Origin: Eledone cirrhosa
Lineage: Eukaryota
Direction: 5' to 3'
Length of the DNA: 64,000 nucleotides
NCBI GenBank assembly: GCA_964016885.1
Contig: OZ024740.1
Location: 361,708,001-361,772,000 of the forward strand
Part shown: positions 13,480-27,182 of the stretch, in pieces
How the letters are laid out: each line of letters begins with the position of its first letter
How positions within the stretch are numbered: the first letter of the stretch is position 1
Program-made: the position numbers and the translations under genes
The notes under the pieces: model-generated
Databases searched by the model: none
Told to the model about the DNA's origin: nothing
The model's input: only the letters and a program-made list of their open reading frames with translations

Positions 13480-14065
13480 GAAGAGATAGATATAGACATA
13501 GAGAGGGGGAGAGTTTTCTGGTAATTGATATAGAGAGGAAGGTTGGTAGAGTCTGTTGTATATTAGACATAGAGAGGAGGAGAGATTGATGGTTATTGAT
13601 GTAGAGAGGGGGATTGGAAGAGAGTTCTGTGTAGTAGCTATAGAGAGGGAGAGGATTGATAGAGATAGGTATTGATAAATATAGAGAGAAGGAGAGTTTG
13701 GTAGTGATGGATAGAGAGAATGAGAGAGAGTGTTGTATATTAGATATAGAGAGGGGGTGAGTTTGGTGATAATTGATATATAGAGGGGGATTGGAAGAAA
13801 TACTGTATAGTAGATATAGAGAGGCGAAGAATTTGGTGATAATGAATAGAGTGAGAAGATTGATAGAGATAGGTATTGATAAATATAGAGAGGGGGAGAG
13901 TTTGGTAGTGATGGATAGAGTGAGAGACAATGAGAGAGAGAGTGTTGTATTGTAGATATATAGAAGGGGTTAGGAGAGTGTGTTGTATATTAGATATAGA
14001 GGGAGAGAGTTTGGTTCTAATAGTGAGGGGGAATGGGAGAGAGTGTTGTATGGTAGATATAGACA
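13480..14065. repeat. Degenerate GA/TA-rich repeat with internal duplications
   Basis: gattgatagagataggtattgataaatatagaga occurs twice (about 13655 and 13858). Confidence 0.7.
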
Positions 14066-14509
14066 GGGGGTCGATAAAATAAAGTACCAGTCACGCACTG
14101 GGGTCGATTTAATCGACTTTCCCCTCCCTCAAAATTGTGCCTATATAAGAAACCATTCTTATTGTATAATATATATGCATAACCATCCAACAATCCCTTT
14201 CTAGTCGGGCAACCACAGGGAGCAGTCGTACTACTGCCTTTCTGTAAGACAGATGGTAGGAAAACTTGTTGGTAATACCCCGTATTCCTTGCTCGCCAAC
14301 AATAAATTTTCAATAATTGTGGTTAGAAATTTGTTTCAGGTGTTGAAATCAAAGTATTCTGGTCCAGGTGAAGAAGAATCTGTAAGTATTTCAACTCCTT
14401 CTTTGTTAAACTGTTGGAATTCTAATGTTTTCTTTGATCGTTATCCCCCTTATCGTTTCCACATGAGTACTGCTGTCCTATGAACGAATCAATATGATTT
14501 ACGCCAAGG

Positions 14510-14543
<34 letters not shown>

Positions 14544-14619
14544 GATGGCTGCCCCCTCATTATCGAGTATGGCCATATATATATATATATATACATACAT
14601 ACATGCATACATACATATA

Positions 14620-14681
14620 TAGAGCGTGAAACTAATAAACTTTTGTTCGTACTGCTTCTCTGTTTTGTTCCCGTTCCATTT

Positions 14682-14687
<6 letters not shown>
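14620..14687 (+). mobile_element. Isolated 3'-terminal fragment of the PLE at 44067-45788, inside (TA)n
   Basis: agagcgtgaaactaataaac...tgttttgttcccgttc is nearly identical to 45721-45788. Confidence 0.85.
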
Positions 14688-14765
<78 letters not shown>

Positions 14766-16279
14766 TATTTCTATCGTATTTATACATTTTAATGATCATT
14801 TATGAAAATAGTTTAAATAGAAAATCGTGGATGTAACAATCTTTCAAACAAAATACATACATCATGTTTTTGTAATAATCTATTTAAAAAAACATCACAT
14901 GCCTTGGAATGTTGCCTCTGTGTGTGTAGGATGAGAACATTTGTGGCACGACAGAAAACAAAAAATATAGATAATAAATTGAGTGAGTTGAAACAAAACA
15001 GTTTTTCATGAAACGGGTCCGACTGTTATAGATAAAAATATCTCGGACAGAAACTGAAGGTGGGACACAGGTGGATATCTCAAGAACTCGAGAACTATGT
15101 ATTTAAAATCTGCAATGAAAAAATTATTTGAGAAAAGCCAGCTGGGGAAATAAAGAGGAAGTTAGAACATATTTCACTTATGTCTATAGGTGTGGAAATA
15201 TGTGAGAATGGAAGAAGATTGGAAGAGAAAAGTAAGAAAGGATTACATAAAGAGTAATAGTAACTGCAATTGTAGCTTCATCATCATGATCATCACCATC
15301 ACTATCACCATCAACAGCCTTGCTGGAAACAATAACAGTAGAACGGCAGCATTAGTAGTAATAGAAGCATTAGAGAAGATAATTAATTATACTGGCTAAT
15401 CTAGGAAATATTGACGATAATAGATTCTGTGAAATGGACCTCCGTCGATATCGACGGTGAGTGTTCCAGTTCTTCGATCAATGGAACAACTTGTTCAGGA
15501 AATTAACGTATAAATGGCTGAACATTTCACAGACACACGAACGGGCTTCCAAACAGTTTCCATCTACCCAATTTCACTCACAAGGCTTGAATCAACCCGA
15601 AGCTATGGGTAACTGAATCTTACCCAACATGCCATGCAGTTGGATGGAACCCGTAACCTAATGAATGCAGAGCGAACTTTTTAATTATTTGGCCATGCTG
15701 CCATGAAGAAACCTATACATAACAACATCTGTATAGGTTACTTCAATATATAAGGAACTAGAAGTTACCTGAAAGTTACCTGAACAGGATTGTAAACAAC
15801 CCAACCTGTTACTTTAGAGTACCGTATTTGCTGTCATACTGCTAAAAAAAATCACCCGAGCCTTAGATGAAAAGTTGAGGTTTTTGGTCGGCTAATGTTT
15901 TTTTTTCTTCTTAATATTCACTGCTGAAATGTCCGAGGGATCCACATACTATCAAATACGTTAATTACAATGCTAGAGACCATAGTGAGATAAAGTGAAC
16001 TAAATCAAAGATATTACATTTAAGTTTCTTCTACTTTTTTTTCTGAGGTGCAACAGTTCAATAAATTAATTCAGTTATACGACAGGTTTACGATTAATTA
16101 GGTAAGATTAATTAGGTAAGATTAATTAGGTAAGTTTGAAAATTTGAAATTTATTTACTTTATTGTGAAAAAACAAAACTAACACGATTCACATAATTAC
16201 TATAAAATAGTCGAATAAGTCAAGTAAATTATTGATGGAGATAGAAAAAGGTGAACAGAAAAAGATGGACGGAAGCATC

Positions 16280-19200
16280 TGTAAAAGGGTGGACAGAGAT
16301 ACCTGTAGAAAGGTAGACAGAGACACCTGTAGAAAGGTAGACAGAGACACCTGTAGAAAGTTGGACAGAGATACCTGTAGAAAGGTAGACAGAGACACCT
16401 GTAGAAAGTTGGACAGAGATACCTGTAGAAAGGTAGACAGAGACACCTGTAGAAAGGTGGACAGAGACACCTGTAGAAAGGTGGACAGAGACACCTGTAG
16501 AGAGGTGGACAGAGACACATGTAGAAAGGTGGACAGAGATACCTGTAGAAAGGTAGACAGAGACACCTGTAGAAAGGTGGACAGAGATACCTGTAGAAAG
16601 GTAGACAGAGACACCTGTAGAAAGTTGGACAGAGATACCTGTAGAGAGGTGGACAGAGACACCTGTAAAAAGGTAGACAGAGACACCTGTAGAAAGGTAG
16701 ACAGAGACACATGTAGAAAGGTAGAGAGAGACACCTGTAGAAAGGTAGACAGAGACACATGTAAAAAGGTAGACAGAGACACCTGTAGAAAGGTAGACAG
16801 AGACATATGTAGAAAGGTAGACAGAGACACCTGTAGAAAGGTAGACAGAGACACATGTAGAAAGTTGGACAGAGATACCTGTAGAGAGGTAGACAGAAAC
16901 AAATGTAGAAAGGTAGACAGAGACACATGTAGAAGGTAGACAGAGACACATGTAGAAAGTTAGACAGAGACACATGTAGGAAGGTGGACAGAGACACATG
17001 TAGAAAGGTAGACAGAAACAAATGTAGAAAGGTAGACAGAGACACATGTAGAAGGTAGACAGAGACACATGTAGAAAGTTAGACAGAGACACATGTAGGA
17101 AGGTGGACAGAGACACATGTAGAAAGGTGGACAGAGACACATGTAGAAAGGTGCACAGAGACACATGTAGAAAGGTAGAAAGAGACACATGTAGAAAGGT
17201 GGACAGAGACACCTGTAGAAAGGTAGACAGAGACACATGTAGAAAAGTAGACAGAGACACATGTAGGAAGGTGGACAGAGACACATGTAGAAAGGTGGAC
17301 AGAGACAACTGTAGAAAGGTGGACAGAGACACATGTAGAAAGGTAGACAGAGACAACTGTAGAAAGGTGGACAGAGACACATGTAGAAAGTTGGACAGAG
17401 ACACATGTAGGAAGGTGGACAGAGACACATGTAGAAAGTTGGACAGAGACACATGTAGAAAGGTAGACAGAGACACCTGTAGAAAGGTAGACAGAGACAC
17501 ATGTAGAAAGTTGGACAGAGACACATGTAGAAAGATAGACAGAGACACATGTAGAAAGGTAAGCAGAGACACCTGTAGAAAGGTAGACAGAGACACATGT
17601 AGAAAGGTGGACAGAGATACCTGTAGAAAGGTAGACAGAGACACATGTAGAAAGGTGGACAGAGACACATGTAGAAAGGTAGACAGAGACACATGTAGAA
17701 AGGTAGGCAGAGACACCTGTAGAAAGGTAGACAGAGACACATGTAGAAAGGTGGACAGAGACACATGTAGAAAGGTGGACAGAGACACATGTAGAAAGGT
17801 AAGCAGAGACACCTGTAGAAAGGTAGACAGAGACACATGTAGAAAGGTAGACAGAGACGCATGTAGAAAGGTGGACAGAGACACATGTAGGAAGGTGGAC
17901 AGAGACACATGTAGAAAGGTGGACAGAGACACATGTAGAAAGGTGGACAGAGACACCTGTAGAAAGGTGGACAGAGACACCTGTAGAAAGGTAGACAGAG
18001 ACACCTGTAGAAAGGTGGACAGAGACACCTGTAGAAAGGTAGACAGTAACACATGTAGAAAGGTAGACAGAGACACATGTAGAAAGGTGGACAGAGACAC
18101 ATGTAGGAAGGTGGACAGAGACACATGTAGAAAGGTGGACAGAGACACATGTAGAAAGGTGGACAGAGACACCTGTAGAAAGGTGGACAGAGACACCTGT
18201 AGAAAGGTAGACAGAGACACCTGTAGAAAGGTGGACAGAGACACATGTAGAGAGGTAGACAGAGACACCCGTAGAAAGGTGGACAGAGACACATGTAGAA
18301 AGGTGGACAGAGACACATGTAGAAAGGTGGACAGAGACACCTGTAGAAAGGTAGACAGAGACACATGTAGAAAGGTAGACAGAGACACCTGTAGAAAGGC
18401 AGACAGAGACACATGTAGAAAGGTGGACAGAGACACATGTAGAAAGGTAGACAGAGACACATGTAGAAAGGTAGACAGAGACACATGTAGAAAGGTAGAC
18501 AGAGACACCTGTAGACAGGTAGACAGAGACACCTGTAGAAAGGTAGACAGAGACACATGTAGAAAGGTGGACAGAGACACATGTAGAAAGGTAGGCAGAG
18601 ACACCTGTAGAAAGGTAGACAGAGACACCTGTAAAAAGGTAAGCAGAGACACCTGTAGAAAGGTGGACAGAGACACATGTAGAAAGGTGGACAGAGACAC
18701 CTGTAGAAAGGTAGACAGAGACACATGTAGAAAGGTGGACAGAGACACCTGTAAAAAGGTAGACAGAGACACATGTAGAAAGGTAGACAGAGAGACATGT
18801 AGAAAGGTGGACAGAGACACCTGTAGAAAGGCAGACAGAGACACATGTAGAAAGGTAGACAGAGACACATGTAGAAAGGTAGACAGAGACACACGTAGAA
18901 AGGTGGACAGAGACACATGTAGAAAGGTGGACAGAGACACATGTAGGAAGGTGGACAGAGACACATGTAGAAAGGTAGACAGAGACACACGTAGAAAGGT
19001 GGACAGAGACACACGTAGAAAGGTGGACAGAGACACATGTAGAAAGTTGGACAGAGACACCTGTAGAAAGGTAGACAGAGACACATGCAGAAAGGTAGAC
19101 AGAGACACATGTAGAAAGGTGGACAGAGACACATGTAGAAAGTTGGACAGAGACACATGTAGAAAGGTAGACAGAGACACCTGTAGAAAGGTAGACAGAG

Positions 19201-19800
19201 ACACCTGTAGAAAGGTGGACAGAGACACATGTAGAAAGGTAGACAGAGACACATGTAGAAAGGTAAGCAGTGAGACCTGTAGAAAGGTGGACAGAGACAC
19301 CTGTAGGAAGGTGGACAGAGACACCTGTAGAAAGGTAGACAGACACACCCGTAGAAAGGTAAGCAGAGACACCTGTAGAAAGGTGGACAGAGACACCTGT
19401 AGAAAGGTAGACAGAGACACCTGTAGAAAGGTAAGCAGAGACACCTGTAGAAAGGTGGACAGAGACACCTGTAGAAAGGTGGACAGAGACACCTGTAGAA
19501 AGGTGGACAGAGACACCTGTAGAAAGGTAAGCAGAGACACCTGTAGAAAGGTGGACAGAGACACATGTAGGAAGGTGGACAGAGACACATGTAGAAAGGT
19601 GGACAGAGACACCTGTAGAAAGGTGGACAGAGACAACTGTAGAAAGGTAAGCAGAGACAACTGTAGAAAGGTAGACAGAGACACCTGTAAAAACGTAGAT
19701 AGGAACACCCGTTAAAAGAAGGACGGAAACACCTTTAAAAAGATGGACAAAGACACCTGTACACATGGACAGAGACACCTGTAAACGGTGGACAGAGACG
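16280..19800. repeat. 24-bp minisatellite, about 145 copies (consensus GACAGAGACACMTGTAGAAAGGTR)
   Basis: Seen directly; contains a duplicated 119-bp higher-order unit at 16891/17010 carrying a 1-bp deletion. Confidence 0.98.
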
Positions 19801-21184
19801 CCCTTTCTTTTGTCTCCAGAAATATTCTTTGTTAGGCTTATAGAATATATTATCTATTTTTCTGTATTCTTATAAAATTGCTAATCACAAACAAATTGAC
19901 ATGGGTTTTCTATTTGGCCATTCGGTCTGTTTGAAATAGCAGTCAAATCTCTTTAAAATTACACCCTGGTGTCTCTTAAAATAATGACACATTGGATGAT
20001 GTACTTCTAGTTGCATTGTCCCTGAGAAATGGACGGAATGATCACGGATAAAATAAACGTTTATCATAAGTCTACTTGATTAGGACTAACTTGACAAGAT
20101 TTGATCTTAGAGCACAAAAAGCTGAAACAAATACCTCAAAACATTTCGCATTTTGCCCTAGGCTCAAGCATCTAAACTAACTGTACTGAAAAAATATTTC
20201 ATTAGATTTTTCATTGTAATTTATTCTGTTTCTAATAAATTATATTTAATGATGATACACATCTAAATCCTTAATGATAAATATTATATAAATGGTAATT
20301 AGTAATTTCTTTGAAATATGGCCAGGTGTTGTGTTAGTGCCTATTGCATTATTAAAGAAGGTGTAGAGCTACAGTTATTAAGTATCAGATGGTAGAAACA
20401 GCAATAAAATAATTTAATCTGTTGTGCTTCTCTTACATCTGAATGTGGGTGGAAAATATGATTCTTGTGTAAATATAATGAACTAACTGGATGTTCGAAT
20501 GAACTACTGAAGACGGTAATTGAGAAATTAAATGAACATAAATAGCATACCTTTACAGATTCTTCACAAAATGCCGTTCAGGTCATGCAACAAACACTTA
20601 CATATTTTATATATTATGATGAATCAATATTAAATAGATAAAATAATTTTATATACTATTCAACAGCTATCACGAATTTCTCTCACTCGCTTCGAAAATA
20701 TCACTTTTTATTATTCGAAAATTCTGACAGTAGAAAATAATGGATAAAATTCCCCCAGATAACTGTGTGAAGACACAAACAGCTGCAGTGAAAACATAAA
20801 TATATAAACAAGAAAACAAACATATAAACAATAAAATATACATATATAAACAATAAAATATAAATATATAAAGAAGAAAATGTAAATATATAAAGAACGA
20901 AAATGAAAATTATGCAATAGAATTGAAGGGTCGATATCCCGACTAGGAAAAGAATGGCCTTTATTGTTTTCATAAAGCTGAAATAGAAATTCTTTTTTTA
21001 CAACAATGTTATTGTTATCAGTAATAAAAAAGAATACTTAAGAACCAATGAAAGTTTACCTCATACAAATAATATACAATTATTGTTCAGCCAGCAAATT
21101 ACTTGATATATAAATAAACATTCTGCAGAAAAATTATGGCTGACACAGACAAACATTCTATTAGTAGATATGACCGAAGAGTGG

Positions 21185-21340
21185 ACGCAGCATGGCTGAA
21201 TGGTTAAGGAGTTCGCTTCACAACCATTAGGTTCTGGGTTCAATCTCACTGCGGGGCCTCTTGGAAAAATGCCATTTACCTTAGTTTCGAACCAGTCTTG
21301 TGAATGAAACTGGGCAGACACAAACTATTTGGAAGCCCAT
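21185..21340 (+). mobile_element. Second tRNA-derived SINE family; also near 15540-15700(-), 29600-29730, 30213-30320
   Basis: gcagcatggctgaatggttaag...gggttcaatctcactgc A/B boxes; recurs in the window. Confidence 0.7.
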
Positions 21341-21599
21341 CGAGTGAACTGTACCCCTAATTCAAAGGGCTAAGTTTGTCACACGAAGTGTCACGCAGAA
21401 TCTCCACGAGAATTAATTTAAGGGTACACCTGCCTGTGGAATGCTCAACTACTTATATGAAAACTTCATGGCAAGCTGTTTCGTTGATCAAAAACTAGAA
21501 CACTCATTATCAAAACCGACGGTGGTTCATTCCAGTATGACCGAAGAACTTCATGACATTTTAATGACATGAGATTGACCAGGGTTTCTCGACAATGTA

Positions 21600-21775
21600 C
21601 AAGGGTCAGTTGAAAAGTTCATCATGGAATGACCAAATGAGGTCTATTTTTCAACATAGTCTCTGGAAAGAAACAAAGTAGCTATTAATAAGAGTTGAAA
21701 TTGATGCATGTAAGATTTCCCAGCTCTAGCATAACTCCTTCATATTCAGCACATGAACTTTTCAGCCGACCTTCG
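21600..21775. mobile_element. Mariner-type MITE with TA target duplication
   Basis: TA-caagggtcagttgaaaagttcat ... atgaacttttcagccgaccttcg-TA imperfect TIRs. Confidence 0.8.
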
Positions 21776-22294
21776 TATTATCTGGTTTTAATGGTGAGAT
21801 TTTATCTAGTTCTGTTTTCTTTACAGATTTGTGAATTAATTTAATTTAATGGTTTGCTGAAATAGTCCGTTAAAGTTTTAAAGATATTATAAACGGTAGA
21901 TATCTCTCGCCTCTACAATATTAAATGTGACTGTTACTTCAAGCAAGTCAAACAACCACGTAATGGTTCCCTGGAGATATTTAGGATATAGGATATGTTT
22001 GAGAAACATATTGAGACAATTTGTTCAATTTTATGTAAGGATCACACATTTAATATTGTACAGAGTAGACATGTCCGACCAATTGGCCAATTTGCAAGAC
22101 CATAGGGTGCTTGAGGTTCTGGGTGTTTTTAATAATGGTCGAGTTCGTTCTGCTGATGGGATTGTATTTGGAGATTCTCTGAGTCCAAATACAGAAACAA
22201 TGTTGAAAATGTATCTGACTACATTTACTTAAAAGAAAAATACAACTAGTCTGCTTGCACTACAGTATACAATATCCTCCTCCTCCTCCTGCTC

Positions 22295-22365
<71 letters not shown>

Positions 22366-22530
22366 TTTGCGCCCCCTTTTCATACTAAAATAGGTTGGAT
22401 GGCTCATCACGATGGGAAACTAGATAGGTCGGATAAACATGTCTTGTCCCATATTTTGATATGGTTTCTATGACTGAAAGCCATTCCCAACGCCAACCAC
22501 TTTACAGAGTGTACTGAGTGAATTTTTATC
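22295..22530 (-). mobile_element. RTE-type 3' tail ending in (GAT)n
   Basis: Reverse-complement similarity to the 3' UTR at 47080-47254. Confidence 0.6.
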
Positions 22531-24772
22531 GCAATGCCAGTATTAAAGAGCTTGTCATGTACATGGAATATGCTCTCTACCCTACAGTGTTTCCGTTGAG
22601 TCACCAAGAGTACGTTTTCAGAATTTCCAGATTACCAATATCAAAAATCAATTAAATTTTCCTCAATTATTCATACAAAATTTGATTGTTACTCAGAGAA
22701 ACTTTTTTTTATCACAAACCAAATATCTCTAAATTGTAACTCGTCAGGTTAGAAATAACATCGAATCTCATTGAAATCACGCTCCAGCTTTTACAAAACG
22801 AGCGCCTGTGCACACTATGTCTAGAAAAATGTGGGATGGTCACGACTAAAATACCTTTGACCATATGTCTGCTCAATTAGGATCGATTTGATCTTACACA
22901 AAAACAACAAGTTTCACTCAAGTATTAAAAAAATAAGGAAATTTACATTTTATGATGTAGTTCAGTGTACACTGACTAGAAAATGATAGGATGATGACGG
23001 CTGGAATGCCTTATATCCTATGGTCAATGCCTTATATCATATGCTTAATCAGGGTCAACTTGAGCCTACACAATAACGAAAACAACAACATCTGTAATCT
23101 ATTCATTTCCTCTTTAATCAACATTCCTTCTAGCAACATTATGACCTACCTTTCTACAACTTGTTTCTTATTAATATATTATTTACAATTTTGAATCGTA
23201 TCATCTGCTTGAGTTAAAACGCTGCAGGACATTGAGGTTTTTTCATGCACCAAGTAAAATATTACTCCCCCAATTTCCTCCACCCACACATTTCATTATT
23301 TTACGTTCCATCACTTCTTTTTATCTAAAATTATATTAATTTTTCACCTTCTTCCTTTAACTTCTAAATATCTACTTTATCGCTCTCCTTTGCGTCTTCT
23401 ATCTTATCTCCAAGAAAATTATTTGTAATCACTTTATATGTTGGGATAAAGCGTCCATGTATGTCAGCGCATAATGATTCTTTGAATAAAGAATTAGATA
23501 TACAGTAGCTCGTTGTAAAACGTATCTTTTAATGTGTACACTCTAGTTCAGTCTCTTTTGGCTAATTTCTTTCTACCCGTGAGTGTGTTTTTCATAAAAA
23601 TGCACATTTATATATCGAGGATAAAACTAACGCATAAACGTCGATTACAAAGCTGTCTGATAAATGTAACATTGAATTCTGGCTGGGTCACAAGGTCTCA
23701 CATTTGTGGGAAGGTTGTTAGCAATCATATCGGCCCAGTAGTCGACTGGTGCTTTATTTTATCGACACGGGAAGAATGAAAGGGGGAGTCGACCTTAACA
23801 GGAATTAAATTCAAAACAAATTGCCAAAACAAAATACCGGACATCGCAAGGTATTTAGTTCGTTGTTCTGTCGTTACTGCAGACCCAACGCCGTTAGACC
23901 AGAAACCCCCAACTTGTGGCTCTTTAGTCTATTTTGAGTGTCTCTTAGGTGTCACATTTTGAATTTATTTTATTATTTATTTATTTATGTAGTTATTACT
24001 AATCTCGTATTGAAATAAAACCCACGACTTATGAAGCGGAGATTGATGAACATTTTTGATAAGTTTTAAAGCACTAAATCCCATTGAGTAAGAACACAGT
24101 AAGCTAAATTATTGTCTTCGTGTTCGTCTGTTTCTAATAAATTACGCAACTCCCTGGTCTCAGTTATTATTATTCACTTTTATTTTAGCTAAAAATGGCT
24201 CGTGTACCGTGCCGACATCACCTCCATGCGGTGGACCTTGGGAAAAAATTTGTTGTAATGCTTTGCTAACGATGCTCTATATGAAAAACAATATGCTGAT
24301 GAACGATAATAATTTACATACATATGTACACACACGAACACACACATATATGTCATACTTTTCATCGCATGATGTGGCATGGATAGAAGAAAAATGACTG
24401 TCCAGTGTGAAGAGGTTCCCCATGCATGCTCTAGATCTGGTATATGTAATATTAACTATTAACAGAATTTAATTTCAGAATATAGACTTCTGCAAGGTCC
24501 AAACTCAATAAACTGTACTTATAAAAATTATGAGCTTCTTTTGAATACAAAACTTCTCACTGGGTATGGAACACATTTTACTGTGGCTTTTCATGTCAGT
24601 GTCAAATATAATAACGAATACCTTTCGTTGTTCTGTGAAAACGTTTAGATTTCAGATATTTTTACAACTATAAAATATATGTTATCCACTTTCCTTACTT
24701 TAGCTAAGAAAAAATAGTTGAGATATTCATGTGAAAGCTGAAAGACATTTTTTCGGCGAGATTTTCCTTCAC

Positions 24773-24854
<82 letters not shown>

Positions 24855-25027
24855 GTATGTATGTATGTATACATATAAAGATATATCCAACCCCAAAATA
24901 TCAACCAAAGAATACATAAATATTCTCAAAGACAATATACAACGAATTGCTATACAGTATTTTTCTGTAGATTTCCTGGAGGAAGCGGATTGCAGCAGCA
25001 ATAGGATGAACTACAATACTCACTCAT

Positions 25028-25107
<80 letters not shown>

Positions 25108-25185
25108 ATTGTGTATTAATATATGTACACATATACACACGCACACACATATATACTTATATATATATATACTTATATATATGTT

Positions 25186-25255
<70 letters not shown>

Positions 25256-25486
25256 TTAGAAACACACAGATACATGCGGACACACACATATACATGAATG
25301 CATCCGCACCCAACCGTGAGTTAAGGGTGCCAACTTCACCGATGTTGCTCAATGAATGACTGGGACAGACCAATCCGGTTGAACTAGACTGAACCAGTAT
25401 CAGAGTTAAAAATACATTATGAAGAGAGAAGAAACATTTAGATATAATTAGTAATAAAATGTATCATACCTAAACTGCTCCTAGAT

Positions 25487-25576
25487 TCCTCGACTACGTA
25501 GTTTCGTGGCATAAACAAAAACAATACATCATAAAGATATAGAGTCCTTGCGAGGTCTGCCGACTTATCAAGAGGA
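25487..25576 (-). ncRNA. Type I hammerhead, U3-A8 variant (inverted arm copy)
   Basis: Reverse complement of 25710-25799. Confidence 0.75.
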
Positions 25577-25709
25577 TACCTCATTTTACTAGTCTCAAGA
25601 ACGCGTCTACACGACGTGAGAAAGAATCCCAAAAGGCGGAGGGGGAGATAGTCACGCGATATAACGGTCGAGAAACAGAGCTAAGCCTCTTATAACCCCG
25701 AATGAGGTA

Positions 25710-25799
25710 TCCTCTTGATAAGTCGGCAGACCTCGCAAGGACTCTATATCTTTATGATGTATTGTTTTTGTTTATGCCACGAAACTACGTAGTCGAGGA
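25710..25799 (+). ncRNA. Type I hammerhead, U3-A8 variant
   Basis: tcctc TTGATAA gt(c)ggca...tgccac GAAA ctacgtag TC gagga. Confidence 0.78.
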
Positions 25800-26301
25800 A
25801 TCTAGGAGCAGTTTAGGTATGATACATTTTATTACTAATTATATCTAAATGTTTCTTCTCTCTTCATAATGTATTTTAACTCTGATACTGGTTCAGTCTG
25901 GTTCAACCGGATTGGTCTGTCCCAGTCATTCATTGAGCAACATCGGTAAAGTTGGCACCCTTAACTCACGGTTGGGTGTGGATGCATTCATGTATATGTG
26001 TGTGTCCGCATGTATCTGTGTGTTTCTAAATATATTGTTAATAGCTCCCTCTGGTCGAGCAATCTTTGAAGTGTGGGGACTGCCGGAAAGCTTCCATTAC
26101 TCATACTTCTCGCCCCCTTCACCACCTCTTCTACGGCTTCGATATAAATACCCCCTCCGCCTCCGTGGTATTTTCTTCGGGGTTATAAGAGGCTTAGCTC
26201 TGTTTCTCGACCGTTATATCGCGTGACTATCTCCCCCTCCGCCTTTTGGGATTCTTTCTCACGTCGTGTAGACGCGTTCTTGAGATTAGTAAAATGAGGT
26301 A

Positions 26302-26391
26302 TCCTCTTGATAAGTCGGCAGACCTCGCAAGGACTCTATATCTTTATGATGTATTGTTTTTGTTTATGCCACGAAACTACGTAGTCGAGGA
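26302..26391 (+). ncRNA. Type I hammerhead, U3-A8 variant
   Basis: Same motif in tandem unit 2. Confidence 0.78.
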
Positions 26392-26894
26392 ATCTAGGAG
26401 CAGTTTAGGTATGATACATTTTATTACTAATTATATCTAAATGTTTCTTCTCTCTTCATAATGTATTTTTAACTCTGATACTGGTTCAGTCTGGTTCAAC
26501 CGGATTGGTCTGTCCCAGTCATTCATTGAGCAACATCGGTGAAGTTGGCACCCTTAACTCACGGTTGGGTGCGGATGCATTCATGTATATGTGTGTGTCC
26601 GCATGTATCTGTGTGTTTCTAAATATATTGTTAATAGCTCCCTCTGGTCGAGCAATCTTTGAAGTGTGGGGACTGCTGGAAAGCTTCCATTACTCATACT
26701 TCTCGTCCCCTTCACCACCTCTTCTACGGCTTCGATATAAATACCCCCTCCGCCTCCGTGGTATTTTCTTCGGGGTTATAAGAGGCTTAGCTCTGTTTCT
26801 CGACCGTTATATCGCGTGACTATCTCCCCCTCCGCCTTTTGGGATTCTTTCTCACGCCGTGTAGACGCGTTCTTGAGACTAGTAAAATGAGGTA

Positions 26895-26984
26895 TCCTCT
26901 TGATAAGTCGGCAGACCTCGCAAGGACTCTATATCTTTATGATGTATTGTTTTTGTTTATGCCACGAAACTACGTAGTCGAGGA
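26895..26984 (+). ncRNA. Type I hammerhead, U3-A8 variant
   Basis: Same motif in tandem unit 3. Confidence 0.78.
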
Positions 26985-27071
26985 ATCTCGGAGCAGTTTA
27001 GGTATGATACATTTTATTACTAATTATATCTAAATGTTTCTTCTCTCTTCATAATATATATATATATATAT

Positions 27072-27165
27072 AGAAGTGGGTACACAACAGTTAGTTCACC
27101 ATACCGAGAACAATTCTGAGTGCTCTACCACTACGGATATTACCTTCCAGTGATCTAGCACTAAA
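27072..27165. mobile_element. Miniature inverted-junction copy of the family at 58565-58800, between (TA)n tracts
   Basis: agaagt..cacaacagttagttca..ccgagaacaatt joined to ctgagtgctctaccactacggata; both parts occur at 58565-58770. Confidence 0.7.
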
Positions 27166-27182
27166 TATATATATATATAGAG

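Larger units (their letters stand above)
25249..27055 (+). mobile_element. Retrozyme-like array: inverted 454-bp partial unit (25249-25702) plus about 2.3 tandem 592/593-bp units, flanked by (TA)n
   Basis: Repeat periods read directly (25715, 26307, 26900); only scattered substitutions; one HHR per unit; no credible ORF. Confidence 0.9.

Noticed and set aside
16189-19778. Very long minus-strand ORFs (1159, 899 and 876 aa)
   Set aside because: The reverse-complement 24-mer has no stop in any frame, so length is not evidence of coding.
16280-19800. Regular array as a CRISPR-like locus
   Set aside because: There are no unique spacers or cas genes, and the context is eukaryotic.
20435-22230. 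Possible small exons near 20437-20507(-) and 22065-22185
   Set aside because: Only splice-like signals, with no consistent gene model or homology.
23898-24435. Possible hAT-type MITE ends
   Set aside because: The TIRs and 8-bp target duplication are too degenerate to support.
25438-27033. Repeated 64-aa and 104-aa ORFs in the 593-bp units
   Set aside because: They have non-ATG starts and no recognisable domain, and recur only because the DNA is repeated.
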